Positions 31,484 through 42,879 are shown, counted from the stretch's first letter. The stretch is 64,000 bases of DNA from an uncultured Planctomycetota bacterium (GCA_963849325.1 CAWKHF010000002.1:544001-608000); one strand, 5' to 3'. The notes: generated from the letters alone by a model not told the origin. Made by a program: numbers and translations.

Positions 31484-33811
31484 ATGCGATCCTTTCTCCG
31501 GCCTATTGGCCTGGCGCTGTTCGTCGCGGTCGTGCTCCTCGCCCACGTTCCGGCGCAGGTGGACAAGGCGCAGCCGAAGCCTGTCGCCGCGCCCGCCGGC
31601 GGGGCCGGCCCGGACGAGGAGGATTACCGCCAGTTCTTCAAAAAACCGACCAACACGGCCGAATACTGGAACGCCATGCAGTTCGAGATCGACGTCGGCA
31701 AGTACGAATTGGCGGCCAACCATCTGCGCGGTCTGCTCAACTACAAACCGAGCGACGCCGACCTGGTGAAGCTGGCCGACGATTTTGGCGTCGCCGCCTT
31801 TTTGAAGCTGCGCAACATCCCACGCTGGTCCGACAATCCCAAGATCAACAAGGAAGCGACGGCCAACGTCGAGCAGCTCATCCAGCGTGTTACCGAGGCT
31901 GTCAAGAAGGTCCGCAGCGACCCCGTTCGCATCCAGAAGTACATCCAAAACCTGAGCGCCAGCCCCGAGGAGCACGACTACGCGCTGAAGGAACTGTACA
32001 AGTCGGGGGCCGCCGTCGTGCCCTACCTGATCGACGCCCTGCGCAAGGCCGAGCCGGACGAGCGTGTCCGGCTGCTGGGTGCGCTGCGACAGCTGGGACC
32101 GGACACGATTGATCCGCTGATCGCTGCCCTGGACAGCAACGATCCGCCCTTGCAGGTCGATCTGATCCGCCTTTTCATGCGGCGCAATGTACGTCAGGTA
32201 GTGCCGTACCTGTGGTTCCTGTCCGGTTCGCCATCGCAGCCCGACGAGGTGCGCCGGCAGGCCACCGCGGCGTTGGCCTATTTCCTGGAAACGCCCGCGA
32301 GCAAGCTACCGCCGGCCAAGGCCGAACTGACGCGCCAGGCCGAGCGCTACTATTTACACCAGGTCAAGTTCGCCAATCCGGCCGCGGTCACGGTCTGGCG
32401 CTGGGACGGCAATCGTGTCGTCGAGGGCTGGCCCGGTGCGGCGACCATCCCGGCCGACAAGGCTGAGGAATACTATGGCTTGCGCTTCACCGGCCAGGCG
32501 CTCTTGATCGATCCGTCGTATGGCCCGGCCCAGGTGGTGCTCCTGAGCGTGGTGCTCGACAAGACGCAGTCGAAGGCCGGCCTGGATCAGACGCTGGAGC
32601 GCGCGGCGCCGGCGGTGCATGGTTTGCTCGGCACCGTGCAGCCCGAACTGGTGTACGCGGTGCTGGATCGCGCCCTGCGGGAACAGCGCGTGTCAGTGAT
32701 CCTCGGAGCCGTCCGCGACCTGGGCGAGCGCGACGAGGTACGGGCATCGCAGCCGAGGGGCCGAGGCCAGCCGCCGCTGGTACGGGCGCTGTACTACCCC
32801 GACCGCCGCGTGCAGATGGCCGCGGCCGAGGCGCTGCTGCGCATCCCCGGCTCGGCCGCCAGTCAGGCGACGACGCGCGTCGTCGAGGTACTGCGCCGGG
32901 CCGTCGCCGCCGAGCCGGTCGTGCGCCAGCCGGCCAAGGTACTGATCGGCTACTTCAACGAGGACGTCCGTAACGCCGCCGCCGCGGCCGTCGCCGCCGC
33001 CGGTTATGAACCCATCAAGGTCGGCACCGGCCGCGAGCTGATGCAGCGTCTCGGCCAGGCGTCCGACGTGGCCTTGCTGCTCTTCGAGGAGACGCTACCT
33101 AATCCGGGCCTGGCGAACCTGCTGGGCCAACTCCGCGCTGACACCTATGCGAGCCAGCTGCCGGTCCTCCTGACCGCCGCTCCACGGCGCGAGGACGCCC
33201 TGCGGCGCTACACGCTGCGCTGGCCGAACATCACCGTCATCGCGGCCCCGTTCGCCATCGACGCCAACGCCCTGAAACCGCTCATCCAATCGCGCCTGGC
33301 CGACCCCGCCAGCCCTGCGCTGTCGGCGGCGGAGTTGAAGGCTTATGCCGAGCGTTCGATCAAGGGGTTGGCGCGTGTGGCTCGTGGGGAAGTGACCGGC
33401 TATGACGTGACACCGGCCGGGCCGACGGTCCTGGCGGCGCTGCGAGCGCCGAGCCGGCTGACGCCGGAGGGCCAGATCGCCGCGATGGACGTGGCCAGCC
33501 GGTTGAAGGGTGAGGAGGCGCAGACGGTGCTGGCCAACGTGGCGACCGACGGCAAGCGTCCGCTGGCCGTCCGCGTGGCGGCGGCCAACGCCCTGGTGCG
33601 GCACATCCAACAATTCAGCCCGCTGTTGACGCGCGATCAGGTCCGCGTCCTCGGCTCCCTGTATGCCCAGCCGAACCTCGATCTGCCGCTCAAGAACAGC
33701 CTGGCCCTGGTGATAGGGAGCTTGCAGCCGAATGCGCGGTTGACCGGCGAACGTCTGCTGCAATATCAGCCGCCGGTGCCGGGAGCACCGGCGCCCAGGG
33801 AAGAGAAATAA
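31484..33811 (+). CDS. Secreted HEAT-repeat protein with a receiver-like insert
   Basis: Signal peptide; HEAT-like repeats (PLVRAL...VQMAAAEAL); a CheY-like beta/alpha segment from KVLIG to PVLLTA. Confidence 0.7.
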   Translation: MRSFLRPIGLALFVAVVLLAHVPAQVDKAQPKPVAAPAGGAGPDEEDYRQFFKKPTNTAEYWNAMQFEIDVGKYELAANHLRGLLNYKPSDADLVKLADDFGVAAFLKLRNIPRWSDNPKINKEATANVEQLIQRVTEAVKKVRSDPVRIQKYIQNLSASPEEHDYALKELYKSGAAVVPYLIDALRKAEPDERVRLLGALRQLGPDTIDPLIAALDSNDPPLQVDLIRLFMRRNVRQVVPYLWFLSGSPSQPDEVRRQATAALAYFLETPASKLPPAKAELTRQAERYYLHQVKFANPAAVTVWRWDGNRVVEGWPGAATIPADKAEEYYGLRFTGQALLIDPSYGPAQVVLLSVVLDKTQSKAGLDQTLERAAPAVHGLLGTVQPELVYAVLDRALREQRVSVILGAVRDLGERDEVRASQPRGRGQPPLVRALYYPDRRVQMAAAEALLRIPGSAASQATTRVVEVLRRAVAAEPVVRQPAKVLIGYFNEDVRNAAAAAVAAAGYEPIKVGTGRELMQRLGQASDVALLLFEETLPNPGLANLLGQLRADTYASQLPVLLTAAPRREDALRRYTLRWPNITVIAAPFAIDANALKPLIQSRLADPASPALSAAELKAYAERSIKGLARVARGEVTGYDVTPAGPTVLAALRAPSRLTPEGQIAAMDVASRLKGEEAQTVLANVATDGKRPLAVRVAAANALVRHIQQFSPLLTRDQVRVLGSLYAQPNLDLPLKNSLALVIGSLQPNARLTGERLLQYQPPVPGAPAPREEK

Positions 33812-33989
33812 CCCGCTCTCTTTAAAGAGGTAAAGAAGACACAATTAATCTTCTAACCTCCGTCTCGCCTTCGTCGCTCGGCATGACGACGAGAGGCAAA
33901 GCTGTGGCGCGGCTTCTCAAGGCGAAACGAGGATGTTCGACACTTCTACACTTCTCATGAAATCATGAAAGCATCAGTTCCGATTTCAT

Positions 33990-34018
33990 TTGACAGTGCA
34001 GGATCGCAGGGTTGAAAT
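33990..34018 (+). promoter_or_regulatory. Putative sigma70 promoter (Pc-like) TTGACA-N17-TGAAAT
   Basis: Perfect -35, 17-nt spacer and 4/6 -10, upstream of the attI-like site. Confidence 0.4.
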
Positions 34019-34065
34019 ATCTGAATTAGATGGCGCGACCTAAACACCTCTTTCGAGTGTGTGCA

Positions 34066-34084
34066 CCCTAATCAGCAGTTCGGA
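34066..34084 (+). other. attI-like / cassette left junction CCCTAA-N6-G^TTCGGA
   Basis: Same CCCTAA-N6-GTT spacing as class 1 attI1. TTCGGA matches 5/6 of the complement of the downstream attC R'' box. Confidence 0.5.
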
Positions 34085-34111
34085 AAAGAAGGTCTTTACT
34101 GGAGGAGCGGC

Positions 34112-35053
34112 GTGCTAATATTGGGCGACCGGAAGTTTATCGAGGCCGCCTTCGAGTCCGAGGAGGAACTCGAACAGGTTGTCATCGCTAATTCCGAGTA
34201 CCTCTTCGGTCCGGCTTCCCTTTACTTTCCGAAAGCCCTTATCCGCACCAAGGATGGATTTGGGACAATCCCCGATGGGTTCGTGATCGATCTGACGGCG
34301 AGGCGTTGGTATATAGTCGAGGCCGAACTGGGCAAGCACAGCGTCTGGAGCCATATCGCCCCCCAAGTGGCCAAACAACTCATCGCCGCGATGAACCCTG
34401 CGTCCCGACAGCTTCTGATCGATTTAATCGTCGAAAAGGTCCGGGAAGACGAAGCCTCGATGGATAAATTCAGAGACGAAGGGATCGAGGTCATCGACAT
34501 CCGGCGCTTCCTTGGAGAGATTTTGGAGGGCAATCCAACCGTCGGTATGCCGATTAACGTCATCTCCAGCGACCTGCGGGAATGGGCGTCTACGCTCAAG
34601 GTCAGCGTCAAACTGTGGATTGTTCGCAAGCATGTCGAGTTCGGCCATCCGGAGCGAGTTCTGTTCGAGATCCCGGAAGAGTTTCGGCCAGCGTTGGATA
34701 CCGGAGTGGAGATGTCAGATACTTCGCGGCAGGCCCGGTACGATGTCAGCTTGTCTGACCTAATCCTGAGCGGGCTGCTGCGGAATGGCCAAAAACTGCA
34801 GTTGAACTGGAAACCACGCAATGGCGATAAGCGGGTTTTTGAGGGGCTAGTCAGGGATAGCGGGGAGATTGAGGTGCTAGGGAAGTCCTTTACCAGTCCC
34901 AGCTACGCGGCCGTGTACGCTCTTCAATCGACTGGCAGCAGTCGCACTACCGAGAACGGATGGGTCAAGTGGAAGACCGAAAGCGGAGTGTTACTTTCGA
35001 CACTCCGCGATCAGTATCTTCAATCAGTCGACGGGCGAGCAGACGGCGCCTGA
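34112..35053 (+). CDS. PD-(D/E)XK endonuclease-like N-terminus + RAMA domain protein (candidate modification-dependent nuclease)
   Basis: N-terminal E.ELE...IPDG...IVEAEL...H...Q. C-terminal SLSDLILSGLL..G...G....G.I...G..F.SPS.AA...NGW..W matches RAMA. GGAGG RBS before the GTG; more AT-rich than the flanks. Confidence 0.75.
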   Translation: MLILGDRKFIEAAFESEEELEQVVIANSEYLFGPASLYFPKALIRTKDGFGTIPDGFVIDLTARRWYIVEAELGKHSVWSHIAPQVAKQLIAAMNPASRQLLIDLIVEKVREDEASMDKFRDEGIEVIDIRRFLGEILEGNPTVGMPINVISSDLREWASTLKVSVKLWIVRKHVEFGHPERVLFEIPEEFRPALDTGVEMSDTSRQARYDVSLSDLILSGLLRNGQKLQLNWKPRNGDKRVFEGLVRDSGEIEVLGKSFTSPSYAAVYALQSTGSSRTTENGWVKWKTESGVLLSTLRDQYLQSVDGRADGA

Positions 35054-35105
35054 AATACGTTAGATGACGGCATTTCGGCGGAGCATTTTCTGTTTAGGGC
35101 GCCAG

Positions 35106-35202
35106 GCCGAATCATTCGATGCAACAGACAGGGCCGGCATTTTGGCTTTCCATGCTATATCACCCATCCCGCCGGCCTTGCTGCTGAGCTTGTTTGTTCC
35201 TG
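35106..35202 (+). mobile_element. Integron attC site (97 bp)
   Basis: R'' GCCGAAT, 5 nt, L'' GATGCAAC, inner stem AG(A)CAGGGCCGGC/GCCGGCCTTGCT, L' GCTGAGC, 6 nt, R' GTTCCTG. Confidence 0.75.
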
Positions 35203-36473
35203 TCACTTCCGTTCGATCTCCCGCAACGCCTCGGCGGCCCGCCGCCGCACCTCGGGATGCGCGGCCTTCTCCGCCGCGCGCAACGCCGGGACGGCACCTT
35301 TTGCCGCTTGCCCCATCTCGCCCAGGATGCGGACGACTTCGAGGCGGAGTAGCTTGTCCTTGTTCCGGAGAGCCGCCGTCAGCACGGGCAGGACGCTTTT
35401 GGCCTCGTGTTCGATCTGCCACAAACTCTGGGCGGCCTGGACGCGGACGCCCTCGTTCCGATCCGCCAGCAGCGGCGTCAGCTTGGACACCGCTGCGCGG
35501 GCCTCGGGTCCGATCAGCCCCAGCACGTGCGCCGCGTCGCCGCGCACGAACTTGTCCTCGTTCTTCAGCGCCGCGATGAGTACCGGCAAGACGGTGCGGG
35601 CCTGGTGGTCGATGCGCCACAGAGCCTCCGCCGCCTGCACGCGCACGCCTTCGTCGGCATCTTTCAGCGACTCGCGCAGCGCCGGGGCCGCCGCTCGCGC
35701 TTTGGCGCCGAAAGCTCCGAGGGCGCGAGCGGCGTCGGCGCGGACGCCCTCATGCACATCCTTCAAACAGGCACGCAGCGCCGGCACCGCCATTTCCGCC
35801 CCGGCGGCGACCTCACCCAGCGCCGCGGCGGCCTGGCCGCGCACGCCCTCGTCCTCGTCCTTCAGCAGCTGCACGAGCGCTCCCACGGCACCTTTCGCCT
35901 CGGTGCCCCTCTCGCCCAGGCCGGCCGCCGCGTTCAGGCGCACTCCAGCGTCTGCGTCCTGCGAGCGCCTCGATGAGGAGAGGGACCACCGCTCGGCCGC
36001 CGATTTCGCTCAGCGCCGCCGCCGCGTTCAGCCGGACGGTATGATCGCCGTCCTTGAGGAGTCGGCCCAGGGCCGGCACCGCTTTCTGGGCGGCGTCGCC
36101 CAGACCGCCCAGGGCGAAGGCGGCATGAGCGCGGCAGTCCGTGTTCGCGTCCTGCAGCGCCGCCAGCAGCGCCGGCAGCGCGGCGCGCTTCCGGGCCGAT
36201 CTCGCCCAGCGCATCCGCACACAGGCTGCGCACTGCCGCGTCCTTGTCGCGCAGCGCCGCGGTCAGCGCCGGCACGGCCGGCGCCGCGTCGCCATTGAGG
36301 TCGGCGCACCAACGCAGTAACGCCTGCGCCGCGCGAAGCCGCGTTTGATCGTCGCCGTGCCGCAGCGCCTCGACCCATTCCGGCAGCGACTTGTCGTCGG
36401 CGCCGACTTCACCGGCACGACCGACGCCCGACAGACCCAGGCTGATGAACGCGACAATGAGGACCGTTCTCAT
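35203..36473 (-). CDS. Secreted HEAT/PBS-lyase repeat protein; frameshifts near 36183 and 35960
   Basis: Signal peptide, then many AVPAL...LKD.D..VR..AA.ALG repeats. Confidence 0.85.
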
Positions 36474-36516
36474 GCGTGACTCTCCGTGAGTTGTCTCCGG
36501 GTGGTTCTCCGCGTCA

Positions 36517-37269
36517 TCACCGACGTCGGTACACAGACGCGAAGTGCCGCATCGCCATGCGGTGGACGAACGCCGTGCGCTGCCGCACGTAGGACTGATA
36601 CTGTTGCAGCCAGCGCCGGCGCTGCTCCACGGCCATGCGGTAAAAGTTTTGTTGCCGCTGTACGGCGGAGCGATACTGCCTCATGGCCTGGGCCTGGGTC
36701 CGGGCTACTTCGCGCTGATAGTTCGCCGCCTGGCGCTGATAGTTCGACACATTCCGGGTGTAGTGATACGTCGTGTGCCGCTGCTGCCGGCCGCGATTGG
36801 AAGGGGCGTGACGGTTGTAGTTGGTGTTGCGGTGCTGCGCGGTGCGGACGTTGCGGTAGGCTCGGCCGTAGATGCTTTGCAGCATACGCTGCTGGGTTTG
36901 CTGCCGCTGTTTGAGGGCGGTGGCGTACTGCTGGCCGTATTTCTCGAACTCCGGCCAACTGATCTGGCCGTCCGTGTCCGTGTCCAGCGACCAGAGAAAG
37001 ACCAGGTCGGGGTACTTCGTCCGCGCCTGGTAGTAGAGCGGCGTCAGGTTGCCCTTGTCGTCGTACATGTCGCCTTCGGGCGGCTTGGCCTTGGGACCGC
37101 GGAAGTGCTTGGCCAACTCCTCCTTGTCGAGAAAACCGTCGTGATCGAGATCCCATTTGTCGAACAGGGCGTGCAGTTGCGCCTCGACTTGCGGATCCTT
37201 GGAAGGGGCCGCCGTCGCCAAAGTACCCAGGCTCAGGGCCAGGGTGAGGGGGAGACCGAAGCGAATCAT
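36517..37269 (-). CDS. Secreted EF-hand protein with an Arg/Gln/Tyr-rich tail
   Basis: Signal peptide; EF loops DLDHDGFLDKEE and DTDTDGQISWPE. Confidence 0.75.
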   Translation of the reverse strand: MIRFGLPLTLALSLGTLATAAPSKDPQVEAQLHALFDKWDLDHDGFLDKEELAKHFRGPKAKPPEGDMYDDKGNLTPLYYQARTKYPDLVFLWSLDTDTDGQISWPEFEKYGQQYATALKQRQQTQQRMLQSIYGRAYRNVRTAQHRNTNYNRHAPSNRGRQQRHTTYHYTRNVSNYQRQAANYQREVARTQAQAMRQYRSAVQRQQNFYRMAVEQRRRWLQQYQSYVRQRTAFVHRMAMRHFASVYRRR

Positions 37270-37377
37270 GGGTGGAAAGGGGCGATGGCCGGGCTGAGGC
37301 AGAGCGGGCCTCTATATACCACAGCTAACGCCGCCGTGCCGGGCTGTCAAGACGCCTTTCGGCAGACGTAAGGACGG

Positions 37378-37445
37378 TTTTCCGACGAGCCGGAGCGCCA
37401 GCGACGGGTGAGAACCCGTCGCTGGCGCTCCGGCTCGTCGGAAAA
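37378..37445. repeat. REPIN-like palindrome, possibly the typA terminator
   Basis: TTTTCCGACGAGCCGGAGCGCCAGCGACGGGT and its reverse complement. Confidence 0.8.
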
Positions 37446-37471
37446 AAGCTCATCCGCGTCAACCGCCGCGG

Positions 37472-39291
<1,820 letters not shown>

Positions 39292-39397
39292 TGTGTCGTG
39301 GTCTCGGAGCTGACGCCGTCGCGGCGATTTTTTTCTTCCCCTTCGGGCCAATTGCGGACAGATTTGTTATTATAGCGGGCACCGGCGCGGCGGGCGA

Positions 39398-39442
39398 GCC
39401 GCTTGCGGCTTGGCGCGAAGGCAACGCGAAGCCGCAAGCGGC
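39398..39442. repeat. REPIN-like palindrome (GCCGCTTGCGGCTT family)
   Basis: Perfect 14-bp arms. Confidence 0.7.
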
Positions 39443-39470
39443 CGAACCATCGCGGTTAGGGAACGACAGC

Positions 39471-39959
39471 ATGGACCTTTACCTCATTCGCCACGCGGAC
39501 GCACAACCTCTGGGCGAGGGCGGCATCCAGGACGACGCGGAGCGCCCCCTGACGGCGTTGGGTCAGGCGCAATGCGGTCCTTTAGCCGCCGCGCTGCAGC
39601 GCCAGGGCGTGCGCCTGGCGCGCGTCGTCGCCAGCCCTCTGCTGCGGGCGCGGCAGACGGCGGAGGGATTGCTCAAGAACCTGACGCCGCCGACCCCGGA
39701 GCTGCACACCTGCGACCACCTGGCGCCGGGCGGCAAGCGGCGCAAGTTGACGCGCTTCCTGCGCGGCCTGGGCGTCCGATCGGTCGCCGTCGTCGGCCAC
39801 ATGCCGGACCTGAACCTCTACGCCGGCTGGCTGATCGGCAGCAAGAGCGCCCAGGTCGAGCTGGCCAAGGCCGGTATCGCTTGTATCCGCTTCGAGCAAG
39901 ACCCCGCCAAGGGCGCCGGCATCCTCACCTGGCTCGTCACGCCGCAGTGGTGCCAGTAG
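39471..39959 (+). CDS. sixA: Phosphohistidine phosphatase SixA
   Basis: Motifs LYLIRHA, RPLT, SPLLRARQTA and VGHMP. Confidence 0.88.
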   Translation: MDLYLIRHADAQPLGEGGIQDDAERPLTALGQAQCGPLAAALQRQGVRLARVVASPLLRARQTAEGLLKNLTPPTPELHTCDHLAPGGKRRKLTRFLRGLGVRSVAVVGHMPDLNLYAGWLIGSKSAQVELAKAGIACIRFEQDPAKGAGILTWLVTPQWCQ

Positions 39960-39978
39960 AAAAGAACCGCGGTTGCGG

Positions 39979-40809
39979 ATGCGTTTCGGCTACAACACCA
40001 ACGGCTTCGCCCACCATCGTCTCGATGACGCCCTGGCCATCCTCGCCGAGCTGGGCTATCGCAGCGTCGCGCTGACGCTCGATCATCATGCGCTCAACCC
40101 CTACGATCCCGACACGGCACGGCAACTGCCCGTCCTCCGCGAACGTCTGCGCGGACTCGGCCTGAGTGTCGTCATCGAGACGGGCGCGCGCTTCCTGCTC
40201 GATCCGCGGCACAAGCATCAACCGACACTGCTCAGCGTCGATGCTCAACAACGGGCGCGACGGCTCGACTTCCTGCGCCGGGCCGTGGACGTGGCCGCCG
40301 AACTCGGCGCCGAGGCGGTGAGCTTCTGGTCCGGTACGCCGCCGGAGACGGAGACGGAGGCGACGCTGATGGACCGACTCGTCGAGGGCTGCCGGCAGTT
40401 GTGCGAACATGCGGCCGGACGACAGATGCGCCTCGCGTTCGAGCCGGAGCCCGGCATGTTCCTTGATACCATGACACGCTATGCGGAATTGCACCGGCGC
40501 GTGGCCGATCCGCGTTTCGGCCTCACCATCGACATTGGCCATCTGCATTGTCTGGGAGAGATACCGATTGCGGCTCATCTACGGCGCTGGCGCGAATGGC
40601 TGTGGAACGTCCACATCGAGGACATGCGGCGCGGCGTCCACGATCATTTGATGTTCGGCGAGGGCGAGATCGACTTCGCGCAGGTGCTGGGGACGTTGGC
40701 GGAGATCGGCTACACGGGCGGCGTCCACGTTGAACTGAGCCGGCACAGCCACGACGCCGTCGAGACCGCCCGGAAATCGCTGGCGTTTCTGCAAGCCGCT
40801 CTCCGCTGA
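39979..40809 (+). CDS. Sugar phosphate isomerase/epimerase (xylose-isomerase-like TIM barrel)
   Basis: Motifs FEPEPG, DIGH, HIED and VELS. Confidence 0.85.
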   Translation: MRFGYNTNGFAHHRLDDALAILAELGYRSVALTLDHHALNPYDPDTARQLPVLRERLRGLGLSVVIETGARFLLDPRHKHQPTLLSVDAQQRARRLDFLRRAVDVAAELGAEAVSFWSGTPPETETEATLMDRLVEGCRQLCEHAAGRQMRLAFEPEPGMFLDTMTRYAELHRRVADPRFGLTIDIGHLHCLGEIPIAAHLRRWREWLWNVHIEDMRRGVHDHLMFGEGEIDFAQVLGTLAEIGYTGGVHVELSRHSHDAVETARKSLAFLQAALR

Positions 40810-40818
40810 AAGGAGCCT

Positions 40819-41520
40819 ATGCCCCTCACCGTTGCATGGCACGACATCGCCTTGCGGCTGGCGCTAACCGTCCTGGCAGGCGTTGTCATCGGACTCAACC
40901 GCAGCGAGCGCGGTCGGCCGGCCGGGCTGCGCACGACCTTGCTGGTGTGCCTGGCCGCCTCCGTCTCCATGATCCAGACAAACCTGCTCCTGACGACCAC
41001 GGGGAAAACTCCCGAATCGTTCGCCGTGATGGACATGATGCGCCTGCCGCTGGGCATCTTGACCGGCATGGGCTTTATCGGAGCTGGGGCGATTCTCCGC
41101 CGAGGAGATCGGGTGCAGGGGGTGACGACTGCCGCTACCATGTGGTTCGTCACGGTCATCGGCCTGTGCTTCGGCGGCGGACAACACGGGCTGGGCCTGG
41201 CGGCGCTGGCGCTGGCCGTCATGGTGCTGTGGTTTCTCAAAAGGGTGGAGTTGACCATGCGGCGCGACTGCCATGCGATGCTGATCCTGCACATCGCAGC
41301 GGACGGCCCAACGGAAGCGGAGGTGCGCTCCACGGTGCGGACAGCGGGATATGAGACGGCCGACTGGAACATCGTCCTCCGAGGCCGAGGAGAGACACGA
41401 CGACTCGCGTTGCGCTGCGAGGTGCGCTGGCGCGACCGGGAAACGGAGGTACAGCCGCCCGCCTTCCTCCATGAACTCGCCCAGCGGCCGGGTGTGGTGA
41501 AGCTCCAATGGCAGATCTAA
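40819..41520 (+). CDS. MgtC/SapB family protein
   Basis: Motifs AGLRT, GMGFIGAG and GVTTAA. Confidence 0.9.
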   Translation: MPLTVAWHDIALRLALTVLAGVVIGLNRSERGRPAGLRTTLLVCLAASVSMIQTNLLLTTTGKTPESFAVMDMMRLPLGILTGMGFIGAGAILRRGDRVQGVTTAATMWFVTVIGLCFGGGQHGLGLAALALAVMVLWFLKRVELTMRRDCHAMLILHIAADGPTEAEVRSTVRTAGYETADWNIVLRGRGETRRLALRCEVRWRDRETEVQPPAFLHELAQRPGVVKLQWQI

Positions 41521-41545
41521 GCGGGAGGAACTGAGGTGTCGCGCA

Positions 41546-41838
41546 CTACCTTCCATCGCGTGGCCTGTCTGCGGCAGCGGATTGTTCCCCGTTGACGTCC
41601 GTGACCGGAAGCAAAGCGTGAAGTGCCTCGGGGGCGAAGTCGGCCCCATTCGGCCAGACGACTGTCCCACAGACCGGATCGAGCACGACCCGAGCGAAGA
41701 AATTTGGGTCGCGGAGGGGCTCGAACACCAAACCGCTCAAGAGCGGCTCGACATCCACGACAGCCCCGCGCCGTCGCTGAAGGACAATTCGAGGTGGTGA
41801 GGGCCACGAACCTCCGCCTCCAGGATTCGCAAAATCAT
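41546..41838 (-). CDS. DUF2442 family protein (antitoxin-like); frameshift near 41767
   Basis: MILRILEAEV..HHLELSFSDG...GLVFEPLRDP.FF...GTVVWPNGADFAPEAL. Confidence 0.75.
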
Positions 41839-41893
41839 CTCCCGACTCCCCTCAAACCAATGGCGGGACAGAGAGTAGCGGCCGAACGACGAG

Positions 41894-42184
41894 TCAGTAC
41901 GCCAACACCTGCCGCGTCAGGTAATCCGACAGCGTCAGCGTCATAAGAATGAGCAGCCAGAACAACCCCGCCAGCACGGCCAGCCACGATACTTTCGAGC
42001 TGTGCAACAGGTGCATGAAGAACAACACAACCAGCGATGCCTTGACGGCGCCGATGAGCACGCCGATCGTCGTGTGCCAGGCGCCCAGTTCCACGAACGA
42101 GACGCCGACCGTTAACAGCGTCAGCGCGATCAGGGCGGCGAAGACGCCGTAGTAGGTCCGCGTTGGCGTGATGGCTTCCGACAT
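41894..42184 (-). CDS. ctaF: Cytochrome c oxidase subunit IV (caa3)
   Basis: About 96 aa, 3 TMs, KASLVVLFFMHL. Confidence 0.85.
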   Translation of the reverse strand: MSEAITPTRTYYGVFAALIALTLLTVGVSFVELGAWHTTIGVLIGAVKASLVVLFFMHLLHSSKVSWLAVLAGLFWLLILMTLTLSDYLTRQVLAY

Positions 42185-42192
42185 GGCGCCTC

Positions 42193-42868
42193 CTAGAAGT
42201 GCAGGTCCGAGCCGTGGTGCGTGCCGGTCAGGTACAACAGCGGCAGCAAAAAGATCCATACAATATCGACAAAGTGCCAGTAGAGACCGACGACCTCGAC
42301 GGCCATGTAGCGCACCGGCGTCAACTCGCCCCGGCCCGCCCGCAGGACGAGCCAGACCAACAGGCCGACACCGACAATCATGTGGACGGCGTGCAGGACC
42401 GTCATGATGTAGTAGAACGCCAGCATCAGCTGGACGTGTCCCGGGTTCGCCAGCGGCGTCTCTTTCGTCCATTCGCCTGGATCGAAACGCAGTCCGGGCA
42501 CCAGCGATTCTCGGTAATCCTCGTAATACTCCACGGCCTTGAAACCGAAGAAGGTCAAGCCGAGCAAGATCGTCAGCAATAGGCACGTCATCAACATCCT
42601 CGGCTGGCCGGTTCGCGTGGCGTGGACCGACAACACCATCGTCAAACTGCTGGTCAGCAGCACGATGGTGTTGATCGAGCCGATGAGGATGTTGAGTTTG
42701 GAACTGGCCGCCTCGAAGTCGTGCGGATAGCGCAGCCGGTACACCGTGTAGCAGGTGAAGATGGCGCCGAAGATGAGGATCTCCGTCGCCAAAAACAGCC
42801 ACATACCGAACGTCTCGGTCTCGCGCTGCTGCTCGAGATCCTCGAAGTGGTGGGCCAGGACCGAGTGA

Positions 42869-42879
<11 letters not shown>
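42193..42879 (-). CDS. ctaE: Cytochrome c oxidase subunit III
   Basis: Motifs [22 protein letters not shown] and [11 protein letters not shown] start. Confidence 0.9.
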
